From the NCBI GenBank assembly GCA_963729605.1, contig CAVSNY010000007.1:64001-128000 (forward strand): 64,000 bases of DNA. Reading direction: 5' to 3'. This document shows positions 11,227-19,543 of the stretch, one piece after another. The notes beneath the pieces were generated by a model. That model worked only from the letters and a program-made list of their open reading frames with translations. It had not been told where the DNA came from and did not search any database. The DNA is from an uncultured Gammaproteobacteria bacterium (GTDB lineage Bacteria > Pseudomonadota > Gammaproteobacteria > DRLM01). The first letter of the stretch is position 1. Every line of letters begins with the position of its first letter. Position numbers and translations under genes: made by a program.

Positions 11227-12816
11227 TCACTTGAGCTGCATCCAGTTGACCTGATTGCGCCCGTTGTTCTTGGAATAATAAAGCGCCTTGTCGGCCGTAT
11301 CGATGAGGGTGTCGTGGATGGCTTCCAGATTGATCTCCCGGTTGCCGTTGCCGGACCAGCTTCCGCCGCCGATCGAGACGCTGACCCGCACCGCGGTCAG
11401 CCCGCCGCCGAAGCGCAAGCCGGCGATCGTGTCGCGCAGACGCGCGGCCGCGATCTTGCCACCTTCGACATCGGTATCGGGCAACAATACACAGAGCTCA
11501 TCGCCGCCGATACGCGCCGCCACGTCGGAAATGCGCAAAGCGCGTTTCACCGCCTGCGCCACCGTCCGCAACACGTCATCGCCCAATAAATGGCCATAGG
11601 TGTCGTTGATCTGCTTGAAACCGTCCAAATCCACCATCAGCACCGACAAGATCTGCCTCGAACGGTTATGACGGGCGATCTCGGTTATAAAAATTTCATC
11701 GAAACGCCGGCGGTTCACCAAGGATGTAAGCGGATCGAAATAAGCAAGCTGGGCGAGACGCTCGAAGGCGGTCTGCAATTCTTCGGCGAGCCGTTCGCGC
11801 TCCAGCAGGGCCGTTTCCAGGTTTTGCAGCGGCGCTTCCCCGCGGTGATGCTCCTCGAGCATCGAGCGGTTGGCGTTGGCCAGCAGCTCTTCAAACGGCG
11901 GTTGCGGCGTTACCTGCAAACCCAAAGCGGCGGCGGCCTCGTTCATCGCCGCCGGGATCCGGGCCAGCAGCGCGCCGCCGGCATGCTGGTCGAGATTGAA
12001 ACACTCGGCCAGAAAATGCCGGCAACGGGCCAGGGCCAGCCGCTTGTCGGCGGCGGTATACACCGCGGTCATCCAATCCACGCAGGCGGTGAGCTGACAA
12101 AGTTTTTTGATGTAAGGCGGAAAATCCTCGAGGAGTTGATCATGGCGATGGACCAAGGGCAACGACAACTCATCCGGCAATCGCCAGCGTTCCGCCAACA
12201 TCTTGCCCACCCGCAGATGGGTCACGCCGAACAATTCCATCTCGCGGCGGCGGCGCTGATCCGGCGCGGCGCGGCGCAACTCGGGCCAGGCCGGCGCGAT
12301 CTCGGGATAGGCGGTCAACAGCGCGAGCAAACCCACGTCTTGCAGCATGCCCAAGGTGAAGGCGTCGTCGCGGTCGACGCCCACCGCCTCGGCCAACAAC
12401 CGGGCCGCCACCGCGCGGCGCAAGGTATCTTCCCAATAAACGCGGGCATCGAACTGGGCGATGGACTGCGCCCGCAAGGTCTCGCGCGCGATGAAGACCA
12501 GGGCCATATTGCGCAGCAAACGCTGCCCCAGCACCAGGACCACCTGCTCCATTTTGGTGGCGGGCCGGCGCAGACCGAAAAACGGCGCGTTGACGATGCG
12601 CAGTAATTCCAGGCTGAGCGCGGTATCGGTGCCGAGTATCTCTTGCAAATCCTTATTGGTCACCTCCGGATCGCCGCAGGCGCGGACGATGCGCAGGGCG
12701 GCTTCGGGGGCGGAGGGTAAATCCTGGGGCATGAGCGTGCCGAGCTTGGTCGTTATCATAGGTATAGTGGCCATGGTCGTTGTCGACGCGGCGGACACCT
12801 GCGCAAAATTCCGCAT
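11227..12816 (-). CDS. HDOD-GGDEF diguanylate cyclase (paralog 1)
   Basis: HDOD (LLRIVNAPFF, GMLQDVG); DLDGFKQINDTYGH; RISD I-site; GGDEL; true start may be 12760. Confidence 0.9.
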   Translation of the reverse strand: MRNFAQVSAASTTTMATIPMITTKLGTLMPQDLPSAPEAALRIVRACGDPEVTNKDLQEILGTDTALSLELLRIVNAPFFGLRRPATKMEQVVLVLGQRLLRNMALVFIARETLRAQSIAQFDARVYWEDTLRRAVAARLLAEAVGVDRDDAFTLGMLQDVGLLALLTAYPEIAPAWPELRRAAPDQRRRREMELFGVTHLRVGKMLAERWRLPDELSLPLVHRHDQLLEDFPPYIKKLCQLTACVDWMTAVYTAADKRLALARCRHFLAECFNLDQHAGGALLARIPAAMNEAAAALGLQVTPQPPFEELLANANRSMLEEHHRGEAPLQNLETALLERERLAEELQTAFERLAQLAYFDPLTSLVNRRRFDEIFITEIARHNRSRQILSVLMVDLDGFKQINDTYGHLLGDDVLRTVAQAVKRALRISDVAARIGGDELCVLLPDTDVEGGKIAAARLRDTIAGLRFGGGLTAVRVSVSIGGGSWSGNGNREINLEAIHDTLIDTADKALYYSKNNGRNQVNWMQLK

Positions 12817-12979
12817 GGGCCGATCGCGATCATTTTTATTGATGCGGCATGAAGCCGTTTAAAGCCGCATCCCCCTCGCTCCATCTCTCGCAAAGAGAGG
12901 CGGGCAAGCAGATCGGCCGGCGAAGTCAAATTTCATCCGGCCGAAGTACTACTTGAGAAGGGATAAATACGCCGCGTTG

Positions 12980-13006
12980 TTAACGGCCGATTCACGGCAA
13001 ACTTAA
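12980..13006 (-). promoter_or_regulatory. Sigma28 (FliA)-type promoter of HDOD-GGDEF pair
   Basis: TTAAGTTT-N11-GCCGTTAA, close match with canonical spacing. Confidence 0.7.
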
Positions 13007-13160
13007 GATTCCGTTGCGTGATATCGGGCTTGCGACTATCCATTTCACTCATCCCCCGCCGCATAATACGGGAGACCCACTCACCGTACGGCTTGCGTCA
13101 GGTGGGCGACGCTTTTTACTAAATTACCGCGCTTGAGCACGCCATCGGCGCTACCGCGTT

Positions 13161-13318
13161 TTAAGGAACCTCTGATTTATTCAGAGGTTCCCGCGGCACA
13201 CGGAGGTGCCGCCATTTTCAATGGTGTCAGCCATTGAAAATGAAGGGCAGCGAAAATCACCTTTTCGCTTTCCCGTGCTCTGAAAATTCCAGGATGGAAT
13301 TATTCAGAGCCTCCTTAA
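13161..13318 (+). mobile_element. MITE-like repeat, intact copy, TTAA-flanked
   Basis: TTAA-GGAACCTCTGA...TTATTCAGAGCCTCC-TTAA; five internal hairpins; near-identical copies at 23167 and 57279. Confidence 0.85.
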
Positions 13319-13327
13319 TTTATCAAC

Positions 13328-15214
13328 TCAGGCGGACTTACGGCCCGCGCGTTTTTTCAAATGCACCAGCAACAAGGAGATCGCGGCGGGCGTGATGCCG
13401 GGGATGCGCGCCGCTTGCCCGAGGGTGACGGGGCGGATGCGCGCCAATTTTTCCCCGACCTCCGCCGACAGGCCGCGCACCTGGCCGTAATCGAAATTTG
13501 GCGGCAGCGGACTTTCCTCGTGGCGGCGCTGGCGTTCGATCTCGTCGTGTTGACGATCGATGTAACCGGCGTATTGCGCCTGGATCTCGACTTGCTCGGC
13601 GACCTTGCCATCCGCCACGCCGGGACCGACGCCGGGCAGGCTCATCAGACTCGCGTAATTCACGTCGGGGCGCCGCAGCAAATCCATGGCGCGCGCCTCG
13701 CGGTTCAAGGGTCCGCCCAGTACGCGTTGCGCATCGTCGTCACTCAGTTGGCCGACGCGTACCCAGGTATCGCGCAGACGCTGCTGCTCCTGCGCAATGG
13801 CCTCGCGTTTTTGCTCGAAGGCGGCCCAGCGCGCGTCGTCCACCAGACCGAGTTCGCGGCCACGCGCGGTGAGGCGCAAATCGGCGTTGTCCTCGCGCAG
13901 CAGCAAACGGTATTCGGCGCGGCTGGTGAACATGCGATAGGGTTCTTGCGTACCACGAGTAATCAAGTCGTCGACCAGCACGCCCATGTAGGCCTCGTCG
14001 CGGCGCGGACACCACGCCTCTTTGCCTTGCACTTGCAGCGCGGCGTTCATGCCGGCGATCAAGCCCTGCGCGGCGGCCTCTTCGTAACCGGTGGTGCCGT
14101 TGATCTGGCCGGCGAAGAACAGACCGCCGATGTGTTTGGTTTCGAGCGAGGGCTTAAGATCGCGCGGATCGAAGTAGTCGTATTCGATGGCGTAGCCCGG
14201 CCGGGTGATGTGGGCGTTTTCGAAGCCGCGGATCGAGCGCACCAGCGCGTACTGCACGTCGAAGGGCAGCGACGTCGAAATGCCGTTGGGATAGATCTCG
14301 TGCGTCGTCAAACCTTCCGGTTCGACGAAGATCTGATGCGTGTCTTTATCGGCGAAGCGCACCACCTTGTCTTCGATCGACGGGCAGTAACGCGGGCCCA
14401 CGCCTTCGATCACGCCCGAATACATCGGCGAGCGGTCGAGGCCGCCGCGGATGATCTCATGCGTCCGTTCGTTGGTGTGGGTTATGAAACACGACACCTG
14501 CCGCGGGTGCTCGGCCGCACTGCCGAGATAGGAGAACACCGGCACCGGCGTGTCGCCGGGCTGTTCGCTGAGCTGGCTGTAATCGATGCTGCGGCCGTCG
14601 ATGCGTGGCGGCGTGCCGGTCTTCAAGCGGCCGACGCGCAGCGGCAATTCGCGGAGACGCGCGGCCAGTGCGTTGGCGGGCGGGTCGCCGGCGCGGCCGC
14701 CCTGGTAATTGGCGAGGCCGATGTGGATGCGGCCGGCGAGGAAGGTGCCGACGGTGAGCACCACCGTGCGGGCGTGGAAGCGCAGGCCCATCTGGGTGAC
14801 GACGCCGGTGACGCGGTCCCCCTCGACCAGCACGTCGTCGACGCCTTGCTGGAACAGTTGCAGATTGGGCTGGTTCTCCAGCACGGCGCGGATCGCCTGC
14901 TTGTACAGCGCGCGGTCGGCCTGGGCGCGGGTGGCGCGCACCGCCGGGCCCTTGGCGCCGTTGAGGATGCGGAACTGGATGCCGGCGCGGTCGGCGGCCT
15001 GCGCCATCGCGCCGCCGAGGGCGTCGATTTCTTTCACCAAATGGCCCTTGCCGATGCCGCCGATCGCCGGGTTGCAGCTCATCTGGCCGAGGGTCTCGAT
15101 GCTCTGGGTGAGCAGCAGGGTGCGCATCCCCATGCGCGCGGCGGCGAGCGCCGCCTCGGTGCCGGCGTGGCCGCCGCCGATCACGATCACGTCGAAGGTC
15201 TGCTGATGCTGCAT
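13328..15214 (-). CDS. mnmG: tRNA uridine-5-carboxymethylaminomethyl modification enzyme (GidA)
   Basis: [42 protein letters not shown]. Confidence 0.97.
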   Translation of the reverse strand: MQHQQTFDVIVIGGGHAGTEAALAAARMGMRTLLLTQSIETLGQMSCNPAIGGIGKGHLVKEIDALGGAMAQAADRAGIQFRILNGAKGPAVRATRAQADRALYKQAIRAVLENQPNLQLFQQGVDDVLVEGDRVTGVVTQMGLRFHARTVVLTVGTFLAGRIHIGLANYQGGRAGDPPANALAARLRELPLRVGRLKTGTPPRIDGRSIDYSQLSEQPGDTPVPVFSYLGSAAEHPRQVSCFITHTNERTHEIIRGGLDRSPMYSGVIEGVGPRYCPSIEDKVVRFADKDTHQIFVEPEGLTTHEIYPNGISTSLPFDVQYALVRSIRGFENAHITRPGYAIEYDYFDPRDLKPSLETKHIGGLFFAGQINGTTGYEEAAAQGLIAGMNAALQVQGKEAWCPRRDEAYMGVLVDDLITRGTQEPYRMFTSRAEYRLLLREDNADLRLTARGRELGLVDDARWAAFEQKREAIAQEQQRLRDTWVRVGQLSDDDAQRVLGGPLNREARAMDLLRRPDVNYASLMSLPGVGPGVADGKVAEQVEIQAQYAGYIDRQHDEIERQRRHEESPLPPNFDYGQVRGLSAEVGEKLARIRPVTLGQAARIPGITPAAISLLLVHLKKRAGRKSA

Positions 15215-15375
15215 TGATTCACCCCGCGCAGCGCGCGTCAAACAAGTCGGCCGAATTATATAACCGCGCATTCTATCCCCTTTTAAGGGCTAGTCCAACG
15301 GCGGAAGAGGGGATAAAGTTTGAACTCACCGCGCCGCTACCCGCCCTGTGCGCTTTACTCTAGTGAATGACCATC

Positions 15376-16357
15376 ATGACAGCACCGGTTACCAAGCCCA
15401 ATCTTCATCCCGGCCATCTTGACGGCGCGGCCCCCGCCGCGCGCAAGGCCGCTCTCGATCAGGTGATCGCCGCCGCCGGCGGCATCATCCTCGGCAAGGA
15501 ACGGGAGCTGCGGCTGGCGCTGGCCTGCCTCGATTGCTCGCGGTCATTTGCTCATCGAAGATTTGCCCGGCGTGGGCAAGACCACCCTCGCTCATGTGCT
15601 GGCCCGCGCGCTGGGCTTGCAGTTCCGGCGCGTCCAATTCACCAGCGACCTGCTGCCGGCGGATATCCTGGGCGCGTCGGTCTACGACCGCGACAACGGC
15701 GGCTTCACCTTCCATCCCGGCCCCATCTTCGCGCAGCTGGTGTTGGCGGACGAGATCAACCGCGCCACGCCGAAGACCCAAAGCGCCCTGCTGGAGGCCA
15801 TGGAGGAATATCAGGTGACGGTGGAGGGCCGCACCTACACCTTGCCCGAACCCTTCTTCGTGCTGGCCACCCAGAATCCCAGCCATCAGATCGGCACCTT
15901 CGCCTTGCCCGAGTCGCAGCTCGACCGCTTTTTGATGCGGCTGGAACTGGGTTATCCGGACACCCAGGCCGAACGCGCCCTGCTGCAGGGCCGCGACCGC
16001 CGCGAACTGATCGCGAACATGGCGCCGGCCATGACGCCCGCGGCGCTGATCGCCATCCAGCAAAATCTGAGCGGCACCCACGTCAGCGAGGCGATGCTCG
16101 ATTATATCCAGGCCATCTTGCACACCAGCCGCCTCTCGCCGCATTACCGCGAAGGCCTGTCGCCGCGCGCCGGTCTCGGCCTGGTGCGCGCCGCCCAGGC
16201 CTGGGCGGTGTTGGCCGGCCGCGCTTACATCATGCCCGAAGACGTGCAGGCGGTCTTGCCGGCGGTGGTCCGCCACCGTCTACAGCCCGCCGCGGACTTC
16301 AGGGATCACAGCTCCGACGAGTTATACAAACCGCTGGCCGCCGTGCCCATCCCCTGA
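15376..16357 (+). CDS. MoxR-family AAA+ ATPase with apparent +1 frameshift near 15531
   Basis: N-terminus (ILGKERELRLALAC) in one frame; LIEDLPGVGKT, DEINRA, ATQNP, LPESQLDRF in the next. Removing one C restores ACLIARGHLLIED. Confidence 0.85.
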
Positions 16358-16362
16358 CCCAC

Positions 16363-17346
16363 ATGAAATCGGCCATCGCCGCCTTCGGCCGGCAGCTCTG
16401 GACGGGGCTGGGCTTCGACAGATTCTTTCCCCACGCCGTGCCGCGCGGCCGGCAAATTACGCTCGAGCGGCGCCGCATCTACGCCCTGCCCACCCGTTAC
16501 GGTCTCCTGTTCGCGCTGATGTTGTTCGTGATGCTGCTGGGCTCCATCAATTACAACAACAGCCTCGGTTTCATGTTGACCTTTTTGCTGGCGAGCATAG
16601 GGCTGCTGTCGATCTTATATACCTATCGCAACATCGCCCGCCTCACCCTCACCAGCGGCCGGGCGGTGCCGGCCTTCGCCGGCGGCGTGGCGCACTTCGT
16701 GGTGCAGATACGCAACGACGACCGCCTGCCGCGCAGCGCCATCCAGCTCGCCGTCAAACACGGCGAGGCGGCGCTGACCGACTTGGCGGCGCAAGACACC
16801 ACGTCGGTCGAGATCCGCGTGCCGGCGCTCAAACGCGGCCGTCTGGCCCTGGAGCGGATCACCGTCTCGACGGTGTTTCCCCTGGGTCTGGTGCGGGCCT
16901 GGGCCTACGCCCAACTGGACATGCAGTGTCTGGTCTATCCCCAGGCTGGCCCCTACCGGCCCTTGCCGCGCACCCGCCGTCAGGATCAAGGCGAACACCC
17001 CGGCGCCAATCCGGGCCCCGACGATTTTCTCGGTTTCCGCCCGTATCAGGCCGGCGACTCGATACGCCACGTACATTGGAAGGCCCTGGCCCGCGCCCTG
17101 CCCATGCTCACCAAACAATTCACCGCCAGCGAATCGCCCGAGTTGTGGCTGGACTGGTCGGCGCTGCCGCCCCTCGATAGCGAAGCCCGTTTGCGGCAAT
17201 TGTGCCGCTGGGTGCTGGACGCCCATCGCGGCGGACGCGCCTACGGCCTGCGCCTGCCGGGGGTGGAGATCGCGCCCAATCAAGGCGAAGGCCATCAACA
17301 ACGCTGTCTCGAGGCCTTGGCCCTCTACGAGGAACCGCGGCGATGA
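16363..17346 (+). CDS. DUF58 domain protein
   Basis: RRRIYALPT, NYNNSL, GFRPYQAGDSIRHVHWKA; located between MoxR and transglutaminase. Confidence 0.88.
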   Translation: MKSAIAAFGRQLWTGLGFDRFFPHAVPRGRQITLERRRIYALPTRYGLLFALMLFVMLLGSINYNNSLGFMLTFLLASIGLLSILYTYRNIARLTLTSGRAVPAFAGGVAHFVVQIRNDDRLPRSAIQLAVKHGEAALTDLAAQDTTSVEIRVPALKRGRLALERITVSTVFPLGLVRAWAYAQLDMQCLVYPQAGPYRPLPRTRRQDQGEHPGANPGPDDFLGFRPYQAGDSIRHVHWKALARALPMLTKQFTASESPELWLDWSALPPLDSEARLRQLCRWVLDAHRGGRAYGLRLPGVEIAPNQGEGHQQRCLEALALYEEPRR

Positions 17347-19319
17347 AGGCGCGCGCGACGACGCCGCTGCGCGATCACACCCTGTTTCAGCTGCTCGCGG
17401 TGCTGGGTTTGGTGGTGCTGCCCCACGCGACTCACCTGCCGTTCTGGCTCACCGGACTGGTGTTCAGTCTCGGCGCGTGGCGTTTCGTCGCGGCGCGGCA
17501 AGGGCTGCGGTTGCCCGCCGCCTGGATACGGGTGCCGCTCACCCTGCTCACCCTCTCCGCGGTATTCGCGCATTACGGCACCTTGCTCGGACGGGATTCC
17601 GGCGCGGCGCTGCTGATCGCCATGCTGGGTTTGAAACTGCTGGAGGTGCGCGAGACCCGCGACGTCTACGTGGTGGCCTTCCTCGGCTATTTTTTAATCA
17701 TCATCCATTTCCTGTTCACTCAATCCATGCCGATGGTGGTGTACATGCTGGTCATCGTGACCTTGCTCACCGCCGTGCTCATCGATCTCAACCGCGACCG
17801 GACTACGCCGTTGCCGGTCAATCTGCGCCTGGCCGGATCGCTGGTGGCCTACGCGCTGCCGCTGACGCTGGTGTTGTTCATTTTGTTTCCGCGCATCAAC
17901 GGCCCCTTGTGGGGCATGCCCAACGACGCCTACAGCGGCCTGACCGGTTTGAGCGAGGAGATGGCGCCGGGGCGGATCAGCCAGCTGAGCCTGTCGGACG
18001 CGGTGGCCTTCCGTGCCAGTTTCGAAAACCAGTTACCCAGTCCACAACAGCGCTATTGGCGCGGTCCGGTGTTCACCCACACCGACGGCGAAGGCTGGCG
18101 CGGCGAACGGCATTGGAACCCGGCCTACTCCGAGCAACCGCCCAGTTACCGTTACTCCGGCGCGCCCTTCCACTATTCGGTGATGGTCGAACCGCACAAC
18201 CGGCCGTGGCTGTTCGCGCTCGACCTCCCCGCCCGCGTGCCGCCGGCCAGCCGGATCACCGGCGACTTTCAATTGCTGGCCGACCAGCCCCTGCGCGAAC
18301 GGCGGCGTTACGACATGATCTCGTATCCCGACTACCGCACCGGACCGTTGAGCGAGGAAGAGCGCCACCTCAATCTGCAACTCCCCGCCGCCGGCAATCC
18401 GCGCGCCCGCGCGCTGGCCGCGGCATGGCGGCGCGACACCCGCTCGCCGGCGGAGATCGTGCAAACGGCCTTGCGCATGTACCGCGAGCAGGACTTCGTC
18501 TACACCCTCTCGCCGCCGCTGGTGCGCGAAGAATTCGTCGACGGTTTTCTCTTTACCACCCGCAAAGGGTTTTGCGAACACTACGCCGGCAGCTTCGCGT
18601 TTTTGATGCGCGCCGCGGGCATCCCGGCGCGGGTGGTCACCGGATATCAGGGCGGCGAACTCAACGATCTCGGCAATTACCTCATCGTGCGGCAACGCGA
18701 CGCCCACGCCTGGACCGAGGTGTGGCTGGAGGGCTTAGGCTGGTCGCGGATCGACCCCACCGCCGCGGTGGCGCCGGAGCGCATCGAGCGCGGCATCGTT
18801 CCCGGCTCGCGGCAAGAAGGGGAAGCGGTGCGCTTCGAATCGGCGCACGGCCAATTGTTCAACCAAATGTGGCGCAATCTCCGCCACGGCTGGGACGCGC
18901 TGAACACGCGCTGGAATCAATGGGTGCTCGGTTTCGACATGCAGCGCCAAACGCAATTGTTGTCCTGGCTGAGCCTGGCCGGTTTTTCCTGGCAGGCGGT
19001 GGCCACCGCCTTGATGACGCTGATCGGCGCCGTGCTGGGCTTGCTGGTGTTGCGGCGGCTCAACGCGGAACGGCGCGGCGACGATCCGGTGGTGCGGCTC
19101 TATCGACACTACTGCGAAAAACTCGCGCGGCGCGGCCTGCCCCGCGCCGCGGACGAAGGCCCCGACGATTACGCGCAACGGATCATTCATGCCCGCCCCG
19201 ATCTGGCGCGCCAAGTCCGCTCCATCAACGCCCTCTATGTCGCAGTGCGCTACGGCGGACACGACCCGCGCATCGCCTTGACCCGCCTGCGCCGCGAGGT
19301 GCGGACCTTCCGGCCGTGA
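17343..19319 (+). CDS. DUF3488/transglutaminase-like membrane protein (TgpA-like)
   Basis: Multi-TM N-terminus, YWRG, GFCEHYA, PARVVTGYQGG, DAHAWTEVW, DPT catalytic motifs. Confidence 0.92.
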   Translation: MKARATTPLRDHTLFQLLAVLGLVVLPHATHLPFWLTGLVFSLGAWRFVAARQGLRLPAAWIRVPLTLLTLSAVFAHYGTLLGRDSGAALLIAMLGLKLLEVRETRDVYVVAFLGYFLIIIHFLFTQSMPMVVYMLVIVTLLTAVLIDLNRDRTTPLPVNLRLAGSLVAYALPLTLVLFILFPRINGPLWGMPNDAYSGLTGLSEEMAPGRISQLSLSDAVAFRASFENQLPSPQQRYWRGPVFTHTDGEGWRGERHWNPAYSEQPPSYRYSGAPFHYSVMVEPHNRPWLFALDLPARVPPASRITGDFQLLADQPLRERRRYDMISYPDYRTGPLSEEERHLNLQLPAAGNPRARALAAAWRRDTRSPAEIVQTALRMYREQDFVYTLSPPLVREEFVDGFLFTTRKGFCEHYAGSFAFLMRAAGIPARVVTGYQGGELNDLGNYLIVRQRDAHAWTEVWLEGLGWSRIDPTAAVAPERIERGIVPGSRQEGEAVRFESAHGQLFNQMWRNLRHGWDALNTRWNQWVLGFDMQRQTQLLSWLSLAGFSWQAVATALMTLIGAVLGLLVLRRLNAERRGDDPVVRLYRHYCEKLARRGLPRAADEGPDDYAQRIIHARPDLARQVRSINALYVAVRYGGHDPRIALTRLRREVRTFRP

Positions 19320-19543
19320 GCGGGATAATTAATTCGCTCATCGCGGGGCGGGGACGCACGGCACCTGTCGTCTTAATAATTGACTTATGAGTAAATTAGC
19401 TATTGCAGTTTGCTCGCCCTGTCGTGTTTAATGAGCCCCGTGCGAAAAATAAAAACCAATCCGCGTCTTTAGAATGAGATGGGGTCGCGCTGAAGCGGAC
19501 CGGCTTGGTAACCGAGATTGCTGATAGTTCGGAACACATAATA

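Noticed and set aside
12870-12905. REP-like hairpin (CTCTC-GCAAA-GAGAG)
   Set aside because: Short, single copy in the window; cannot be supported as a repeat family.
13060-13125. c-di-GMP-I riboswitch (GACGCAAGCC on the minus strand) upstream of the cyclases
   Set aside because: Lacks the GGCAAA/GNRA first hairpin, and GCAAA is incomplete.
15367-17346. 659 aa ORF as a novel MoxR-DUF58 fusion
   Set aside because: Produced by the +1 frameshift in moxR; the middle part is an off-frame translation.
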